This document shows positions 60,001 to 64,000 of a stretch of DNA of 64,000 bases, in pieces (position 1 is the stretch's first letter; the number at the start of each line of letters is the position of its first letter). A model generated the notes under the pieces. The model had not been told where the DNA came from and did no database searches. It worked only from the letters and a program-made list of their open reading frames with translations. The stretch covers positions 4,588,001-4,652,000 of the forward strand of contig JAYWIR010000008.1 in NCBI GenBank assembly GCA_036172245.1, read 5' to 3'. Source of the stretch: Raillietiella orientalis (Eukaryota). A program made the position numbers and the translations under genes.

Positions 60001-62549
60001 TTCCCAATTTTCCGTAAAAGCTTGAAAGCACAAAACTGCGGAACGAGAGGTGAAAATCGCAAGGGCGAACCTTGGATCGGCCGATGAGAATTTTTCAGGG
60101 GAAGGGGGAGAAGAGGAAAGAAGGGAAGGAAGGATTAATTGACCGATCGCTCCGACTGGGATTCGAATTGATGTTCAGCGAGATCTGTGCACGCGCACTT
60201 TCTTGTTGGTTCCGAACGCCCCCCCCCCTCCTCTCCCCCCCTCCCCCAAAATAAAGAAAAAAATCGCTCCAGGCGAAACCCGGACGTTTTAAAGAGAATC
60301 TGCGCTACGCTTTTAGCCAGTGACCCGACTGCTTTCGTGGGCGTCGACGGGGACGGCCAGAGAGTGGTCTCGGGAGGGCCGAGACGAGCGGGGAAACACA
60401 GAAGGGGGAGGATGCTGGTGACGGTCACCAAATGAACACGTCCGGGGATAGAGGATGCGGAGACGCCAACCCCCAGCCGCCAAACCTGGACGCCCGGAGG
60501 AGGGGGCGGCAACCCTGCTCTCTGCAGAAGGGTTGCTGAAGGGCCACCACGGACGGTTCCCCCTCCCTTCTGGCACGGGGAGTGCTCTGCGCTCTGCAGG
60601 TGGCACCGAAGGGACGCCCATCCCTGGAAGGCGTTCGAACCCGATAGCTCACCTGCCTGGCGGCTAGGAAAGGACGCCAGGAAGCGGCAGAGGAGACGAC
60701 CTCCCGCCAGAAGGCTGCTGCTGACTTCGGACTTTCCCGCCCGCCGGGCAGGGCGATGCCGACCCCGGGTTGGACCTGCTCAGCAGCGGGGCGGGTGGAG
60801 GAAAGAAGGAACTCGGGAAGAGCGGCGCGCTCCTCCGCCTCTTGGACTCGTCTGGTCCCCGCCATCCGGTCCAGCCCGCGCCCCGCCGAGCGCCCGGGCA
60901 GAGTGCCAGGCGCGGCGCGAAACGCGTGTGCACCGCCTGCGGGTCCTCCACTCTTCCCTGCGTTTCCTCTCCCCCCCACCTCCCCCTACCCGCCCGATGC
61001 CCGCGGGAAGGCGAACCGCGGGGGGATCGATCCCTCCAGCGCTCTCGGAAGAGAGCCACTTCCGTTGCCAAGGAGGCAACTCGCGCGCCTCGGAGCTTCC
61101 GAGGGTCACGGCGCGAGGGTAACCGACCGGCCGAATGCCACAGGAGCGCGCGCCGGAAAATCGTACCCTCGGAGGATCTGTGAGGTGCCCCGTTCGCCCC
61201 CGCCTTGGGCGGTTCCTCCGCGAAGTCCCGCCGGAAGGATGAGCGCTCATGAGACACTCCCTCCATCCCGTCCTCAGGGCAATGGGTTGGCGGGAGCTTC
61301 CCGCGCGTGGGGAGCATCGCGGGCACTTGATTTTTGCGCCCCCCCTCTCCCCCTTTTTCTAAAAAGAAAAGTCGCAGAAGGGACGGTCATTACGGTGGAC
61401 ACGCGTGCCTCCCGGAACGGGTCGGAGGCCACGCTGCGGCACGTCGCTCTGCTTGGGGCGAGGTCGCTCTGACCGGAAGCACGTCCCACCGCCTCCTCCG
61501 GTGGGCAGAGCGAGTTGGCCGCGGAGCTGCTCCTTCTCCGCCCCTGCCACCGCCACAGGGAGCCAGCTGACACCTCCCTGCCTGCTGCGCGCGGCGACGA
61601 GGCGCATCGTCGAGTACGCACGCCCACTCCATCAACTCGGCATACTCCGCCTGCGGCGGCGGCGGAGAAACGGGGCGCGCCGGCAACGCCGGGTTCGCGG
61701 GCGAAGTCTTCCGGGTCGGAACCGGTCGCCGTGGGCGACCCGCAGACAGTTCCCAGGCAGCGAGATGGGTGGGCGTCCACGGAGCAGCGGTCTTCCCCCT
61801 CGCTTGCTTCCGGGAGGGGTCAAAGCTCCGGAGGCGGCGGACACCTCGTCTGACCTCTCTTCTTTTTCTTCTTGTCGACAGTGGCGTTTCGCTCCAGTCA
61901 AGAGAGGGACCCGGGTCCGTGGCGACCTCCTCCACACAGACCTCCCTGAGCGCGGATGAGGGTCTTCTCCCCCTACCCTCAAGGTGTGGGGTCGTCTTCT
62001 TTCCCCAATCCATTTCCTTTCGCCTCCACCCCTTCCTCTTCCTTTTTGGGCGCGGCACTTGTTTTCATCCTAAACAAAATCTCCAGCCGCGTTCAATGTT
62101 GGCCAGAGAAATGAGGGGCCTGGGTCGTGGGGCGCCAGGAGCAATCCGGAGGATGTACGGTGTTCAAGGGACCGGGAAGACACGCCGCTGACCCCCGATT
62201 TCGGGGAAAGGTCACTGCCCGACGTGCATTTGCCCCCTTCTCCTCGCCCTGACCGGCGTCGTCCCTGATGCTGGGTGCAGCAGCCCGGAGAGCGAGAATC
62301 CCGCGGCCTCTTTGCTCCCGCACGAAGGCTCCCGCAGGGTGCGCAACTTGGCAGCTGAGATCTCTTGGAGATCCTGCCCTCTTGCGCCCAAGGTCGAAGG
62401 TCTCCATCCCGCGGGGCGGGTTCCAACGCTACCAGAACGTTGTCTCGCCCTTCCCGAAGGGTCCGTCCCGTAGCAAGAGTCCCTCGACACGGCAGAGGTC
62501 GACTTGCCCCGCATCTGTGCCTTCCAGAGGGAAAAGTCAGGTTGCCCGC

Positions 62550-63245
62550 ATCAGCGGCCGCAGCCTCCGCGCGCGGAAGCACCAGGAGTCGTGGGTTCGA
62601 ACCCTGCCCGGGGGAACTATCGACGCCGAGATCGGAATGTGTGTCGTGGGTCTTTCGCGTCCCCCCCCCCTAGTAGGATGACGCTGGTCAGCCTGTTTGG
62701 ATGCGGGCACTGGTGGAAGACGGCTGCTTCCGTCGACTGGCCGAGATTGAAAGTCGATCCTCCGGGATCCCTCATTCCAGGAATCTAGGAGCCCTTCGGA
62801 GTTCCCCTTCGATTGTAAAAATGGAGCCGTGCCATGGAGCTGGTTGATGTCTCTCCCGGGGGTTGCCTCTCCGGAGTGCCAAGAAGAAGAAGAGCTCTGT
62901 TCCCTTCAGGGAGCGCCCTTCACAGAAATGGGGAAGCGTCCCTTCGGAGTTATCTTCTGAGGAGGAGGAAACAGAGAGCGCAACGCATCCTTTCCGGGGA
63001 GTCCCTCTGGAGAAGCGACAAGGAGTTGCTCTTCCTTCGGGGGGTCCTTCCGGAGAGAATAAGGAAGAGGTGGTTCCCTTCAGGGTTCCCTCCCAAGCGT
63101 GAGAGAGGAACGGTCTCCTTCCTCCGGAGCCCATCCCGGATTCATAGGGAGGTCCCTCCGGGGTTGCCCCCTCTAACTTCGAGAGTCACTACACACACCT
63201 TCGGGTGGCGGCGTGGACAGCGTCAAAAAGCTTCGTGAGCCCCCC
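62550..63245 (+). mobile_element. tRNA-SINE family copy D
   Basis: B-box GGTTCGAACCC (62594..62604); GTTGCCTCTCCGGAGTG (62862..62878); 3' GCGTGGACAGCGTCAAAAAGCTTCGTGAGCC matches copy C. Confidence 0.83.
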
Positions 63246-64000
63246 TATACGTGGGTGAACCAGTTGTTCAGCACTTGGTTTCCCCAATCAAGGCAGAACC
63301 TCGCCGGGTGCTCAGAGCGACCCCGGCCCAGGCAGAGCAACGCGCCGCGGCGTGAACTCCGTCCCATTCCGGGAGACACGCGCGTCCACCGTCGTGCGAC
63401 TTTGCCTTTCAGAAAGAGAAAGAGGGGGGGAGCAAACATCGAATGCCCGCGATGCCCCCCACGCGAGCTCCCGCCAACCCATCGGCCTGACGACACGGGA
63501 AGGAGTCCTTTGCCAGCATCTGCAACAATCGGCCGAGTCCAAACTCCCGCAAGGAAGACCGTACGTGCGGAAGGGGGGACTTGAAGGAAAAAAAAAAACA
63601 AGAAATAAAGGGGAGGGGGCAGGAAAGGGAAGGAGTCCAGGGAAGAAGACAGGAGGAATGCGGAGGAGCACACTGGCAGCCAGGAATCCTCCGGGTGAGG
63701 TGCCAAACACTGGAGCGGTAGGCACGGAGCGAGCGAGGCCAAACCGGGAAGGGGAGGGAGTCGCGAAGCCGCCGGTTCAGCTCCCGGTCTTCCGGGAAGG
63801 GCGCATCCCGTCGGTCGCGCCGTCGCCTTCGTCCGTCCTTCGTAGCACCCCGGACCCACGAAGAAGGGAGGTGCCGCCTCCGCTCGTGTTCCCCCGCCCC
63901 CCCAGAGTTTGCAGTCCCGGCTTCCCTCGGGACGCCCTCTGCCTCTGGCGCAGCTGGTCGAGGGCCGGAAAGTCTGCCCCGCGACGGCCTGCTGCGAACC

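Noticed and set aside
43100..64000. Many long overlapping ORFs (e.g. 43432..44739, 46661..47872, 49777..51186, 58907..59881)
   Set aside because: Arg/Gly/Pro/Ala-rich, open in several frames on both strands and without recognisable domains; expected from stop-codon scarcity in high-GC DNA.
1..64000. CRISPR arrays, rRNA, operons or other prokaryotic systems
   Set aside because: No regularly spaced repeats or rRNA signatures were seen; the DNA is intron-containing eukaryotic sequence.

Overview
Eukaryotic (invertebrate animal-like) genomic DNA with spliced genes; no prokaryotic features, rRNA, intact tRNA or CRISPR array were seen. Three protein-coding genes were reconstructed by hand from GT-AG junctions and frame continuity. 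(1) A 7-exon monoglyceride lipase (MGLL-like, +, 4726..20987, 312 aa) with an intact Ser-Asp-His triad. (2) An 8-exon PX-SH3-RhoGAP gene (ARHGAP32/33/CdGAPr-like, +, 32954..38732, about 1075 aa) with six 41-53 nt introns. (3) The last three exons of a GAP-43/neurogranin/igloo-like multi-IQ protein (-, 43053..41443; N-terminus not found). Mobile DNA includes a 5'-truncated NeSL/Utopia-like RLE retrotransposon (21255..22773, -) with a 34-bp target-site duplication and an unexpected downstream L1/Tx1-type zinc-finger ORF, four copies of a ~0.55-0.7 kb tRNA-headed SINE rich in short UUCG/UUCA hairpins, a 269-bp MITE and several decayed LINE remnants. Composition is mosaic: the RhoGAP gene body is AT-rich and CpG-depleted, while ~38-64 kb is GC/CpG-rich, apparently non-coding outside the IQ exons, and carries several RFX X-box matches. 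Most ORFs in the supplied track appear spurious. All homology calls come from motif recognition, not database searches.
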